Shown in pieces: positions 40,413-51,155 of a stretch of DNA of 64,000 bases (the stretch's first letter is position 1; the number at the start of each line of letters is the position of its first letter). The notes beneath the pieces are model-generated. The model worked only from the letters and a program-made list of their open reading frames with translations, ran no database searches and was not told the origin of the DNA. Both the position numbers and the translations under genes were made by a program. The DNA is from Escherichia coli (GTDB taxonomy: Bacteria > Pseudomonadota > Gammaproteobacteria > Enterobacterales > Enterobacteriaceae), in NCBI RefSeq assembly GCF_024223415.1, contig NZ_CP100502.1, one strand, 5' to 3'.

Positions 40413-40847
40413 ATGTACGGAACATGCGAAATACTCTGCCGGGAGCTGGCAGCAAAGTATCCGGCAGACACGCCACTGATGCTGGTTGTCTGGTCCCCTG
40501 AAGAGATTCAGGCCCTCGCTGACGGAATGGATATTTCCCTGTCCGATCATGAAATCAGGACCGTCCTGGCGCGCCTGGAGGACATCCCGGAAGACCAGCG
40601 GATTGAGTCCGGTATTTCTTCCGGCGTGGCGATGGAGATTATCAGCAACGTGAGAGAAAACCGCCAGGTGACCGTCCCTGCTGAACTGCTGGCGTCCCTG
40701 ATTCAGACCGCTGAACAGGCACTGTGGAAACGTGAATGGGCCGCCCGTGATAACGGCCTTGCCGTCCCGGAATGTGTTACCCGCCGTCAGGCAGTGATTA
40801 ATCAGGCCCGCACCCTGCTGAAAAACAACACACACGAAAACAACTGA
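40413..40847 (+). CDS. Hypothetical leading-region protein
   Basis: 144 aa from MYGTCEIL with SD. Confidence 0.5.
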   Translation: MYGTCEILCRELAAKYPADTPLMLVVWSPEEIQALADGMDISLSDHEIRTVLARLEDIPEDQRIESGISSGVAMEIISNVRENRQVTVPAELLASLIQTAEQALWKREWAARDNGLAVPECVTRRQAVINQARTLLKNNTHENN

Positions 40848-40897
40848 TGTTATCGCCGCCTGCCCTGCGGGCGGCGATACAGGGAGAACGCTTAATC

Positions 40898-41668
40898 ATG
40901 AACAAAACGCTGAATGCACTGGTTTGTCGTCACGCCCGTAACCTGCTGCTGGCGCAGGGCTGGCCGGAAGAGACGGATGTTGACCAGCGAAATCCGAACT
41001 ATCCGGGCTGGATCAGCATTTACGTGCGGCTGGATGCGCCCCGGCTGGCGACGTTACTTATCAACCGTCACGGCGGCGTACTGCCGCCGCTCCTGGCCTC
41101 CGCCATTCAGAGACTGACCGGAACCGGGGCGGAACTGGTACTGTCCGGCAGTCAGTGGCAGTCGCTGCCGGTACTTCCGGCAGACGGAACGCAGGTGTCT
41201 TTCCCGTATGCCGGAGAATGGCTGACCGAAGACGAAATCAGGGCTGTTCTTGATGCGGTGCACGATGCGGTACGAAGCATCTGTTACCAGGTGGCAGAAG
41301 ATGCGCGGCGTATCCGTGCGGCGCTGACCACCACCGGTCAGACGTTGCTGACCCGCCAGACGCGCCGCTTTCGCCTGGTCGTGAAGGAAAGCGATCACCC
41401 CTGCTGGCTCGATGAAGATGACGAAAACCTGCCCGTGGTGCTCGATGCCATCGTGAACCGGGGAGCACGTTTTTCGTCGGTGGAAATGTACCTGGTCAGC
41501 GATTGTATTGAGCATATCCTGTCCTGTGGGCTGGCCTGCGATGTGCTGCGTATACCCGATGAACCGCCCCGCCGCTGGTTTGACCGTGGTGTTCTGCGGG
41601 AGGTGGTCCGGGAAGCCCGGACCGAAATCCGCAGCATGGCGGATGCCCTGGCAAAAATCCGGAAATGA
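40898..41668 (+). CDS. Hypothetical leading-region protein
   Basis: 256 aa from [10 protein letters not shown] with SD AGGGAGAA. Confidence 0.5.
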   Translation: MNKTLNALVCRHARNLLLAQGWPEETDVDQRNPNYPGWISIYVRLDAPRLATLLINRHGGVLPPLLASAIQRLTGTGAELVLSGSQWQSLPVLPADGTQVSFPYAGEWLTEDEIRAVLDAVHDAVRSICYQVAEDARRIRAALTTTGQTLLTRQTRRFRLVVKESDHPCWLDEDDENLPVVLDAIVNRGARFSSVEMYLVSDCIEHILSCGLACDVLRIPDEPPRRWFDRGVLREVVREARTEIRSMADALAKIRK

Positions 41669-41726
41669 TGACACTGGCGGGGTAAATCCCCGCCTTTTTC
41701 CTGCCGGTCCCCGGACAGAGCACAAA

Positions 41727-42058
41727 GGAAGTCGCCGCCGGCTCCGCTTTACCCGGCCATGCGGGGCATGGCCTTGTGGGTTTTCAGTTATGTGGCCACC
41801 GTGTCGTGTGCGGGCTGTGCCGTGCCTCCATCTTAGCCGGGCTGGCAGGGATGCAAGGGTACGCTTCGCCGCTGCGGTCACCCGGTCCCTCCTTCCCGTC
41901 TGCCGTGATTTTCCGGTCGTTCACCCGCTCAGATTTCGCGGTCTCACCCTCCAACTCCCGCCAGCCGTGTGCGTCAGGCTGCGGCTTCCCTTGCGCCCTG
42001 TGCATCCCCGCCTTATCGCCCGGCTTTTATGGAGGCACGGCACCGCCCGGTGTCGCGG
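41727..42058. repeat. Leading-region GC-rich repeat, family B copy 1 (Frpo/ssi-like single-strand promoter candidate)
   Basis: About 330 bp nearly identical to 48711-49040; directly upstream of klcA/ardB-like gene. Confidence 0.7.
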
Positions 42059-42085
42059 AATATGTGAACAACGGAGGAATACATC

Positions 42086-42511
42086 ATGCAATATGCGAAA
42101 CCTGTCACTCTGAATGTTGAAGAGTGCGACCGTCTGTTTTTTCTGCCTTACCTGTTTGGCCAGGATTTTCTGTATGTCGAAGCGTCTGTGTACGCGCTGG
42201 CGAAAAAAATGATGCCGGAATATGAAGGCGGATTCTGGCACTTCATCCGCCTGCCGGACGGTGGCGGCTACATGATGCCGGATGGCGACCGTTTCCACAT
42301 AGTGAACGGTGCAAACTGGTTTGACCGTACCGTGAGTGCTGATGCCTGCGGCATCATTCTGACTTCCCTTGTGATTAACCGCCAGTTGTGGCTGTACCAC
42401 GACAGCGGTGATGCAGGACTGACCCAGCTTTACCGGATGCGCGATGCGCAGTTGTGGCGTCACATCGAATTTCACCCTGAATGCAACGCGATTTACGCGG
42501 CTCTGGACTGA
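42086..42511 (+). CDS. klcA: Antirestriction protein, KlcA/ArdB family
   Basis: 141 aa; [17 protein letters not shown] and C-terminal NAIYAALD motifs recalled from KlcA. Confidence 0.75.
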   Translation: MQYAKPVTLNVEECDRLFFLPYLFGQDFLYVEASVYALAKKMMPEYEGGFWHFIRLPDGGGYMMPDGDRFHIVNGANWFDRTVSADACGIILTSLVINRQLWLYHDSGDAGLTQLYRMRDAQLWRHIEFHPECNAIYAALD

Positions 42512-42557
42512 TTAACGGACGGGGCGGCAATGCCGCCCCTGTAAAGGAGACGAGAAA

Positions 42558-42980
42558 ATGTACTGTACTGTTAAAGAAATTATCCGCGAAGTGCTGGATA
42601 CAGACGTGCCGGACAGTGAATGCGTTTTTGCCGTGGTGCTGACCCGTGGGGATGTGCGTCACATAGCCCAGGACTGGAACCTGTCAGACGATGAGCTGGA
42701 AACCGTCATGCAGCGGCTGGACGATGCCTTTGAGCATGGTGCGGATGTCAGCGTTGTTCACGACGTTGTTCGTGAACTGATGGAAGAAAAGCGCGCCAGC
42801 CGTCATGTGACAGTCCCGGCGATGATGCTGGAAAAAGTGATGGCGCTGGCAGGCAGTGAAATGAAGCGCCTGTATGCCGTCGGAAGTGAGAACGGGGGCG
42901 ACGGTGACGCATTCGTCAGGGAGGAACGCGAAGCAATGGACGTTGTGTTACAGGCGCTGGACGGGGAGACGATGTCATGA
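42558..42980 (+). CDS. Hypothetical acidic leading-region protein
   Basis: 140-aa ORF with SD AAGGAGA. Confidence 0.5.
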   Translation: MYCTVKEIIREVLDTDVPDSECVFAVVLTRGDVRHIAQDWNLSDDELETVMQRLDDAFEHGADVSVVHDVVRELMEEKRASRHVTVPAMMLEKVMALAGSEMKRLYAVGSENGGDGDAFVREEREAMDVVLQALDGETMS

Positions 42981-43168
42981 ATATCAGCACAGAAACCCGC
43001 GAAATTCTGCGTAATTACAGGGCCGTGATTAATGCGCGGCGTCGTGAAATGGGGCAGAAACCGCTCACCACCGCGCAGATTGTTGATGAAATCTGCGATT
43101 TTGTGGCGAATCAGCAGGCGGTTTTCCTGGGCGGTCACTACATCTTACAGGGCAGCAGAAACAGGTGA
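42977..43168 (+). CDS. Hypothetical small protein
   Basis: 63-aa ORF overlapping upstream stop. Confidence 0.4.
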   Translation: MNISTETREILRNYRAVINARRREMGQKPLTTAQIVDEICDFVANQQAVFLGGHYILQGSRNR

Positions 43169-43404
43169 TACAGGGGCAGGCGGTGGAGGCCGCCTGTCAG
43201 CCCGCGCGAAAACCCCTGGCAGGCTGACGCCTGCCGGAAGGGAAGCGGGCCACGCTGGCGCGTCGCCCGTTACCCTTCCCGTCTGTGATGTGTCTGACTC
43301 AGGAGTGTTTCTTTCTTATGTTATGGAACTGTTCCTGATGTTGTTGTTCCTTTATCTGCTGCTCTGATTCTGACTACTGCAGTGTTGTTCTGTCTGCCGG
43401 GCGC

Positions 43405-43920
43405 ACCTTCGGCTCCCGGCTGCCTGGCGGCATCCGGTCGTCAGGCCCGACTCCGACAGGCAGCTGCTGGCGCACCCGCCAGTCTCCGCCGAACCCGCTG
43501 GCGCGGTTTCGGGCTGTCGCTACGGTCCGATGCGTGAAAACCCGGGCTTGCAGCGACCGTTCCGGTCGCGCCGCCTCTGTCGCGCCGTGACCTGCGCTCC
43601 CTGCACACCTGACGGTGTGTGAGGAAACTGCGCCTGATGGCGCAGCAGTCCTCCCTCCTGCCGCCACCTCTGCGGCCTGTTTCCCGCTGTGGACTTTCCG
43701 GGGGGCAGACGTAACCCCCTCCCGTTCCATCTGTCCAGGGTGAGATGCACCGGCCACAAAATTTTTAGCCATGAACCCGGCAAAAAATTTTGCGTCCGCC
43801 CCCGGACAGCTGTCCCGTGAGGCGGTAAACGGGCCCCCATCGGAAAGGTCCACTGCGGGGAGAAACCCCTGTGAAGTGGACGGCAGGAGGAGCTTTCGCT
43901 CCTCTGAAGGGGCACATGAA
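43405..43920. repeat. Leading-region GC-rich repeat, family A copy 1 (Frpo/ssi-like)
   Basis: About 515 bp highly similar to 49739-50255 and, in part, 52815-53150; directly upstream of ssb. Confidence 0.7.
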
Positions 43921-43973
43921 CGTCCCGTCTCCGGTATCCGGTTTATCTCACATCTTTCAGTCAGGAGGTTCTT

Positions 43974-44501
43974 ATGAGTGCACGTGGTATCAACAAGGTC
44001 ATCCTCGTCGGGCGTCTGGGCAATGATCCGGAGGTCCGTTACATCCCCAACGGTGGCGCAGTGGCAAACCTGCAGGTGGCCACGTCAGAAAGCTGGCGCG
44101 ACAAACAGACGGGGGAGATGCGGGAGCAGACGGAATGGCACCGTGTTGTGCTGTTCGGCAAGCTCGCGGAAGTGGCAGGTGAATATCTGCGCAAGGGCGC
44201 GCAGGTCTACATCGAGGGGCAACTCCGTACCCGTAGCTGGGACGACAACGGCATCACCCGCTACATCACTGAAATTCTTGTTAAGACCACGGGCACCATG
44301 CAGATGCTGGGGAGTGCACCACAGCAGAACGCTCAGGCGCAACCGAAGCCTCAGCAGAATGGGCAGCCACAGAGTGCTGACGCGACGAAAAAAGGTGGCG
44401 CGAAAACGAAAGGCCGTGGACGTAAGGCCGCGCAGCCCGAGCCTCAGCCGCAAACGCCGGAGGGGGAGGATTACGGGTTTTCAGACGACATCCCGTTCTG
44501 A
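43974..44501 (+). CDS. ssb: Plasmid single-stranded DNA-binding protein
   Basis: 175 aa; OB-fold N-terminus, Gln/Pro-rich linker, acidic tail DDIPF. Confidence 0.95.
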
Positions 44502-44516
44502 TCGGGCTGACTGTGA

Positions 44517-44792
<276 letters not shown>

Positions 44793-44850
44793 GAGAGGTG
44801 CCGGACGCGCGAACGTCCGGCAGGACATAAGCAATTATAAGGGGATGATT

Positions 44851-46809
44851 ATGCCTGTAACGAAGTGTGAACCAGAAACCACCCGCAAAGCAAGCCGTAA
44901 ATCTGCAAAAACGCAGGAAACTGCCCTGTCTGCCCTGCTGGCGCAGACGGAGGAAGTGAGCGTGCCGCTGGCCTCACTGATTAAATCACCGCTGAATGTG
45001 CGCACGGTGCCGTATTCTGTGGAGTCCGTCAGCGAACTGGCTGGGTCCATTAAGGGCGTTGGCCTGTTGCAGAATCTGGTCGTGCATACCCTGCCTGGTG
45101 ACCGTTACGGTGTCGCCGCAGGTGGTCGCCGACTGGCTGCACTCAACATGCTGGCAGAGCGCAACATCCTTCCGGCTGACTGGCCTGTCCGTGTGAAGGT
45201 CATCCCGCAGGAACTGGCGACTGCCGCATCGATGACCGAGAACGGTCATCGTCGGGATATGCACCCTGCCGAACAGATTGCCGGATTCCGCGCATTGGCG
45301 CAGGAAGGCAAAACACCTGCACAGACTGGCGACCTGCTGGGCTATTCACCCCGCCACGTTCAGCGAATGCTGAAACTGGCAGACCTTGCGCCTGTCATCC
45401 TCGATGCGCTGGCAGAGGACCGCATCACCACCGAGCACTGTCAGGCGCTGGCGCTGGAGAGCGACACCGCGCGTCAGGTGCAGGTGTTTGAAGCGGCCTG
45501 CCAGTCAGGATGGGGCGGTAAACCGGATGTGCGGGTTATCCGCAACCTGATTACGGAAAGTGAAGTGGCAGTGAAGGACAACACTAAATTCCGCTTTGTG
45601 GGGGCTGATGCCTTCTCGCCAGACGAATTGCGCACCGATTTGTTCAGCGATGACGGGGACGGTTATGTCGACCGCGTGGCGCTCGATGCCGCCCTGCTGG
45701 AAAAACTCCAGGCTGTTGCAGAGTTCCTTCGGGAAGCCGAAGGCTGGGAATGGTGCGCCGGGCGCATGGAGCCTGTCGGTGAGTGCCGTGAGGATGCCGG
45801 AACATACCGCTGTCTGCCGGAGCCGGAAGCGGTGCTGACGGAGGCGGAAGACGAACGCCTGAACGAACTGATGACGCGTTACGACGCGCTGGAAAACCAG
45901 TGTGAGGAATCCGACCTGCTGGAAGCAGAAATGAAGCTGATGCGCTGCATGGCGAAGGTCAGAGCGTGGACGCCGGAGATACGTGCCGGAAGCGGTGTGG
46001 TGGTGTCCTGGCGTTATGGCAACGTATGTGTCCAGCGTGGTGTGCAGTTGCGCAGTGAAGATGACGCGACTGACGACGCTGACCGCACGGAACAGGTGCA
46101 GGAGAAAGCGTCAGTGGAGGAAATCAGCCTGCCGTTGCTGACGAAAATGTCCTCAGAGCGCACGCTGGCAGTCCAGGCGGCACTCATGCAGCAGCCGGAC
46201 AAATCTCTGGCACTGCTGGCATGGACGCTCTGCCTGAATGTGTTTGGCAGCGGGGCGTACAGTAAACCAGCACAAATCAGCCTGGAATGTGAACATTATT
46301 CGCTGACCAGCGATGCGCCATCGGGGAAGGAAGGTGCCGCATTCATGGCGCTGATGGCAGAAAAATCCCGTCTTGCAGCCCTGCTGCCGGAGGGATGGTC
46401 ACGGGACATGACGACATTCCTGTCCCTCAGTCAGGAGGTGCTGTTATCCCTGCTCAGTTTCTGCACCGCATGCAGCCTTAACGGTGTCCAGACCCGTGAG
46501 TGTGGTCACACGTCACGCAGTCCGCTTGACTCGCTGGAAAGCGCTATCGGATTCCACATGCGCGACTGGTGGCAGCCGACAAAAGCAAACTTCTTCGGAC
46601 ACCTGAAAAAGCCGCAGATTATCGCAGCCCTGAATGAGGCCGGACTGTCCGGTGCCGCACGGGACGCGGAGAAGATGAAGAAAGGTGATGCGGCTGAACA
46701 TGCAGAGCACCATATGAAAGACAACCGCTGGGTTCCAGGCTGGATGTGTGCACCACATCCACAGACAGATGCCACTGAACGCACCGATAACCTGGCTGAT
46801 GCCGCCTGA
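44851..46809 (+). CDS. ParB-like nuclease-domain protein of the leading region
   Basis: 652 aa from MPVTKCEP; N-terminal ParB/Srx-like region. Confidence 0.75.
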   Translation: MPVTKCEPETTRKASRKSAKTQETALSALLAQTEEVSVPLASLIKSPLNVRTVPYSVESVSELAGSIKGVGLLQNLVVHTLPGDRYGVAAGGRRLAALNMLAERNILPADWPVRVKVIPQELATAASMTENGHRRDMHPAEQIAGFRALAQEGKTPAQTGDLLGYSPRHVQRMLKLADLAPVILDALAEDRITTEHCQALALESDTARQVQVFEAACQSGWGGKPDVRVIRNLITESEVAVKDNTKFRFVGADAFSPDELRTDLFSDDGDGYVDRVALDAALLEKLQAVAEFLREAEGWEWCAGRMEPVGECREDAGTYRCLPEPEAVLTEAEDERLNELMTRYDALENQCEESDLLEAEMKLMRCMAKVRAWTPEIRAGSGVVVSWRYGNVCVQRGVQLRSEDDATDDADRTEQVQEKASVEEISLPLLTKMSSERTLAVQAALMQQPDKSLALLAWTLCLNVFGSGAYSKPAQISLECEHYSLTSDAPSGKEGAAFMALMAEKSRLAALLPEGWSRDMTTFLSLSQEVLLSLLSFCTACSLNGVQTRECGHTSRSPLDSLESAIGFHMRDWWQPTKANFFGHLKKPQIIAALNEAGLSGAARDAEKMKKGDAAEHAEHHMKDNRWVPGWMCAPHPQTDATERTDNLADAA

Positions 46810-46863
46810 TGAACAACCACACCGCCCCGCCGGAGACGGGGCGGCAGCAAGGGAGATACCGTG

Positions 46864-47298
46864 ATGAAAACTGAACTGACCCTGAATGCCCTGCAGTCCA
46901 TGAACGCACAGGAATATGAAGATATCCGTGCTGCGGGAAGCGATATGCGCCGTAATCTCACTCACGAGGTGATGCGTGAAGTGGACGCACCGGCTAACTG
47001 GATGATGAATGGCGAGTATGGCAGTGAGTTCGGGGGCTTTTTCCCCGTCCAGGTTCGTTTCACGCCAGCCCACGAACGTTTCCACCTGGCATTATGTTCG
47101 CCGGGAGACGTCTCTCAGCTCTGGATGCTGGTTCTGGTGAATTGTGGTGGACAGCCTTTCGCCGTCGTTCAGGTGCAACATATCTTCACGCCTGTCGCTA
47201 TCAGTCACACGCTGGCGCTTGCCGCGACACTTGATGCGCAGGGGTACAGTGTTAACGACATCATCCATATCCTGATGGCAGAAGGAGGTCAGGCATGA
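46864..47298 (+). CDS. psiB: Plasmid SOS inhibition protein PsiB
   Basis: 144 aa [32 protein letters not shown]. Confidence 0.9.
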   Translation: MKTELTLNALQSMNAQEYEDIRAAGSDMRRNLTHEVMREVDAPANWMMNGEYGSEFGGFFPVQVRFTPAHERFHLALCSPGDVSQLWMLVLVNCGGQPFAVVQVQHIFTPVAISHTLALAATLDAQGYSVNDIIHILMAEGGQA

Positions 47299-48014
47299 GC
47301 GCACGTTCACGGGCACTGATCCCCCTCAGCGCAGAGCAACAGGCCGCCATGCAGGCTGTGGCTGTCACCGAACAACGTCGTCGTCAGGGACGCACACTTT
47401 CAGCATGGCCTTATGCCAGCGCTTTCTTTCGCTGCCTGAATGGCAGTCGCCGGATTTCGCTGACCGATCTCCGCTTTTTTGCTCCTGCGCTGACGAAGGA
47501 GGAATTTCATGGCAACCGTCTCCTGTGGCTGGCTGCCGTGGATAAACTGATTGAAAGTTTTGGTGAAGTCTGTGTTCTTCCCCTGCCATCCGATGCGGGG
47601 CATCGTCTGTTCCCGTCCGTTCCTTTTCGTGAAGGTGAGCGGCGTCGTCAGAAAACCACGCTGACAGAGCAGAAATACAGCCGCCAGCGGGAACGTGAGG
47701 CAGAACGACGGGAACTGGAATACCAGACATGTTTTGCTCAGGCGCAGATTGACCTTGCGTTTCATACTCCCGCCACGGTCGGAAGCTGGTTGTCCCGCTG
47801 GTCTGGTGTTGTTGAGGAGCATGATCTGGAAACGATTTTCTGGGGGTGGTGCGGGCGTTTTCCATCACTGTCATCATTTGACCGGTTTTTCTGGCAGGAG
47901 GAACCACTCTGGCGGCTGATTTTTGAAGCCGGTGAGGCCGGTCGTGGTGCACCGGTACAGGTACGTGCACTTGAGCAGTGGATGATCCCGAACAAGCTGG
48001 AGAACGCAATATGA
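47295..48014 (+). CDS. psiA: PsiA
   Basis: 239-aa ORF overlapping psiB stop. Confidence 0.85.
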   Translation: MSARSRALIPLSAEQQAAMQAVAVTEQRRRQGRTLSAWPYASAFFRCLNGSRRISLTDLRFFAPALTKEEFHGNRLLWLAAVDKLIESFGEVCVLPLPSDAGHRLFPSVPFREGERRRQKTTLTEQKYSRQREREAERRELEYQTCFAQAQIDLAFHTPATVGSWLSRWSGVVEEHDLETIFWGWCGRFPSLSSFDRFFWQEEPLWRLIFEAGEAGRGAPVQVRALEQWMIPNKLENAI

Positions 48015-48607
48015 TGAAATCAGACGAACAATATCAGGTTCCCGTGTGGATGCGACCTCTGTTGCCGTTGCTCTGCAATACCGGTGGTAATGATCCGGAG
48101 GAACTGCTGAATGATACAGAAACCACCGCCAGTGCGAATATTGTCCGTTATGTACTGATAGTTGCAGTGCGGTCGCAGATTGATCTGCTGCAGCTACTGT
48201 ACAGGAAAGGACTGTTGCGCACAGAGATACCAGGTGGCTTTTCACCGGAAGAAGCGCAGGAACTCCTGGATAATCTGGTGCGCAGCCATATCAGCAAGGC
48301 GTTGTCGGGTGAGCGAATGGCAGCCCGTGACAGAAATGCCGATCTGACCTGGATTCGCCAGCAACTGGTCGATGCCGCCTGGTTTGTCCGTGCCACACTG
48401 GAAGCGCATGGGATGGGCGTCGGAAATGAGAGTCCCTCTGCTCCGCCGGAGACAATGCCGGACATACAGACACGGGAACTGGTTATGTTGATCAAGCGAC
48501 TGGCATCATCGCTGAAAGCGGTGAAACCCGACAGTAGCGTGGTGCGTGAAGCGCAGGACTGGCTGTGCGACAGAAAACTTGTGGATATCACAGATATTCT
48601 CCGGTGA
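48011..48607 (+). CDS. Hypothetical leading-region protein
   Basis: 198-aa ORF overlapping psiA stop. Confidence 0.5.
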   Translation: MMKSDEQYQVPVWMRPLLPLLCNTGGNDPEELLNDTETTASANIVRYVLIVAVRSQIDLLQLLYRKGLLRTEIPGGFSPEEAQELLDNLVRSHISKALSGERMAARDRNADLTWIRQQLVDAAWFVRATLEAHGMGVGNESPSAPPETMPDIQTRELVMLIKRLASSLKAVKPDSSVVREAQDWLCDRKLVDITDILR

Positions 48608-48710
48608 ACCAGACATGTATATTTTACGCAGGGACACGCCGATCATGATCGTTTCATATCAGGGGTGGTCTGGAGGTCATGCGGCGTGTCCTCTGCACTC
48701 GCCGGAATAA

Positions 48711-49040
48711 GGAAGTCGCCGGCGGCTCCGCTTTTACCCGGCCATGCGGGGCATGGCCTTGTGGGTTTTCAGCTCTGTGGCCTCAGCGTCGTGTGCGGGC
48801 TGTGCCGTGCCTCCATCTTAGCCGGGCTGGCAGGGATGCAAGGGTACGCTTCGCCGCTGCGGTCACCCGGTCCCTCCTTCCCGTCTGCCGTGATTTTCCG
48901 GTCGTTCACCCGCTCAGATTTCGCGGTCTCACCCTCCAACTCCCGCCAGCCGTGTGCGTCAGGCTGCGGCTTCCCTTGCGCCCTGTGCATCCCCGCCTTA
49001 TCGCCCGGCTTTTATGGAGGCACGGCACCGCCCGGTGTCG
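48711..49040. repeat. Leading-region repeat, family B copy 2 (Frpo/ssi-like)
   Basis: Nearly identical to 41727-42058; directly upstream of ardA. Confidence 0.7.
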
Positions 49041-49069
49041 CAGAACATGTGACTATGGAGGATTCGGGA

Positions 49070-49570
49070 ATGTCTGTTGTTGCACCTGCTGTATACGTTG
49101 GAACCTGGCACAAATACAACTGTGGAAGCATCGCTGGCCGCTGGTTTGACCTGGCCACGTTTGATGATGAACGCGACTTTTTCGCCGCCTGCCGCTCTCT
49201 TCACCAGGATGAAGCCGATCCTGAACTGATGTTTCAGGATTATGAGGGATTCCCGGGGAATATGGCCTCAGAATGCCATATCAACTGGGCCTATGTTGAA
49301 GGCTTCCGCCAGGCGCGGGATGAAGGCTGCGAAGAGGCTTATCGTCTCTGGGTGGATGATACCGGTGAGACGGATTTTGACACCTTCCGCGATGCCTGGT
49401 GGGGCGAGGCTGACAGTGAGGAGGCTTTTGCGGTTGAGTTCGCCAGTGATACCGGCCTGCTGGCTGACGTGCCGGAGACGGTGGCGCTCTATTTTGACTA
49501 TGAGGCGTATGCGCGGGATTTATTCCTGGACTCCTTCACCTTTATTGACGGTCATGTGTTCCGTCGGTGA
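49070..49570 (+). CDS. ardA: Antirestriction protein ArdA (DNA mimic)
   Basis: 166-aa highly acidic protein [28 protein letters not shown]. Confidence 0.9.
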   Translation: MSVVAPAVYVGTWHKYNCGSIAGRWFDLATFDDERDFFAACRSLHQDEADPELMFQDYEGFPGNMASECHINWAYVEGFRQARDEGCEEAYRLWVDDTGETDFDTFRDAWWGEADSEEAFAVEFASDTGLLADVPETVALYFDYEAYARDLFLDSFTFIDGHVFRR

Positions 49571-49738
49571 TTTACTCCCCCGCTCCGGCGGGGGTATGGC
49601 CTGCCAGGCCGCCGGAAAACCCTGGCAGGCTTACGCCTGCCTGAAATGCAGGAGGGCCGCGCCTGCGGCGCTGCCCTTCCTGCCCGTCATGGTGTGAGGC
49701 ATTTTTCTGTTATGTCGTTTCTGTTGTTCTGATTTCCG

Positions 49739-50255
49739 GAGGCGGGGACACCTTCGGCTCCCGGCTGCCTGGCGGCATCCGGTCGTCAGGCCCGACTCCG
49801 ACAGGCAGCTGCTGGCGCACCCGCCAGTCTCCGCCGAACCCGCTGGCGCGGTTTCGGGCTGCCGCTACGGTCCGATGTCTGAAAAACCAGGCTTGCAGCG
49901 ACCGTTCCGGTCGCGCCGCCCCTGTCGCGCCGGAAACGGCGCTCCCTGCACACCTTACGGTGTGTAAGGCAACTGCGCCTGATGGCGCAGTCAACCCTTC
50001 CGCCGCCACCCCTGCGGCCTGTTTCCCGCTGTGGACTTTCCGGGGGCTGGAGTAACCACATCCCGTTTCAGCAGTCCAGGGGAAGATATACCGTCCACAA
50101 AATTTTTAGCCATAAACCCGGCAAAAAATTTTGCGTCCGCCCCCGGACAGCTGCCCCGTGACGTGGTGACGGACGCCCCATCGGAAAGGTCCACTGCGGG
50201 GAGAAACCCCGAAGAAGTGGACGGCAGAAGGGGCTTTCGCCCCTCCGGGGAGCAA
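49739..50255. repeat. Leading-region repeat, family A copy 2 (Frpo/ssi-like)
   Basis: Highly similar to 43405-43920. Confidence 0.7.
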
Positions 50256-50298
50256 CCGGTCGGCCCGGCGACCTGATTCAGCAGAAGGAGATGTTTTC

Positions 50299-50733
50299 AT
50301 GACAGTCAGCAGCACGATTTCCGTTTTTTGCCGCGACGGGGTGTTCCGTACCGTTTACTGCCACCTGCACGGGGAGCCGACCTGGAACGGTCGCATCCTG
50401 CATACTCACTATGCCACCGGTCAGCAGGCCGAAGCCCTGGTTGAACACGGTGATATCCGTTGCCTCGGTCCCCGTTGTGACAAACCCGCCGGGCATACGC
50501 TTCAGAACCCGGTGGACGGTGTGACGGCTTATTACGGACGTGACAGTGGTTTCCGGATGGACAGTGAGGCGCGTGAGTACCGTTCTTTCAGGGAGGCTAT
50601 TGCCACTGAAAGCACTGAAGAGGTGCGCTTCCATTATGTGTTCATCGACGGCTACTGGAAGGTGATGTACCGCACGCCGGAAGGCTGGAAGATGAAAGCG
50701 CTCGCGCTGGCACTGCGTCGCTGTCCGAAATGA
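50299..50733 (+). CDS. Hypothetical protein directly downstream of a family A repeat
   Basis: 144-aa ORF with SD AGGAGA. Confidence 0.55.
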   Translation: MTVSSTISVFCRDGVFRTVYCHLHGEPTWNGRILHTHYATGQQAEALVEHGDIRCLGPRCDKPAGHTLQNPVDGVTAYYGRDSGFRMDSEAREYRSFREAIATESTEEVRFHYVFIDGYWKVMYRTPEGWKMKALALALRRCPK

Positions 50734-50824
50734 AAAAAAGGCAGGGCGATAAACCCTGCCTCTCTCCGCCGTTACTTCCCCGCCAGGAAGAGCGGCAGTC
50801 ATCAACAACATAAGGAGTAATATT

Positions 50825-51091
50825 GTGAGACCATCAATTATCTTCGCAACCGCCGAGTATGTAAAGCGTCTGCGTGAAGAGTGCCTGCGGGAGAATAAAC
50901 CCCTGCACCGCCATACCCGCTTCAGACGTCAGGAGCTGGCACAGGATGAGATTAACCCGGACGTCCTGGCGATGAGCGGCCATATCGCCAGACGCTGCAG
51001 TGAGCAGAAGCGGGTGCGTATCCCCGCTATGAAAGTCAGCGAATGGGGCCACCTGCTCCGCGCGCTTGAAATTGAGCGGGTCTGCCACTGA
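50825..51091 (+). CDS. Hypothetical small basic protein
   Basis: 88-aa ORF, GTG start, SD AAGGAG. Confidence 0.45.
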   Translation: MRPSIIFATAEYVKRLREECLRENKPLHRHTRFRRQELAQDEINPDVLAMSGHIARRCSEQKRVRIPAMKVSEWGHLLRALEIERVCH

Positions 51092-51155
51092 TTAACCCTT
51101 GCCGTCTGCCTGTGCAGGCGGCAGGATACGTTCAGACATCTCACCAGGAGGAACC

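Noticed and set aside
43374-43915. ORFs inside the family A and B leading-region repeats (for example 43374-43853, 43520-43915, 49710-50009, 41776-42120, 48679-49149, 52716-53066)
   Set aside because: They recur only because the DNA repeat recurs, are GC-rich and low-complexity, lie on both strands and lack ribosome-binding sites; the repeats are better explained as non-coding ssDNA promoter elements
48665-49069. Long N-terminal extension of the ardA ORF (listed ORF begins at 48665)
   Set aside because: The extension covers a family B repeat; ArdA begins at MSVVAPAV (49070) with its own ribosome-binding site
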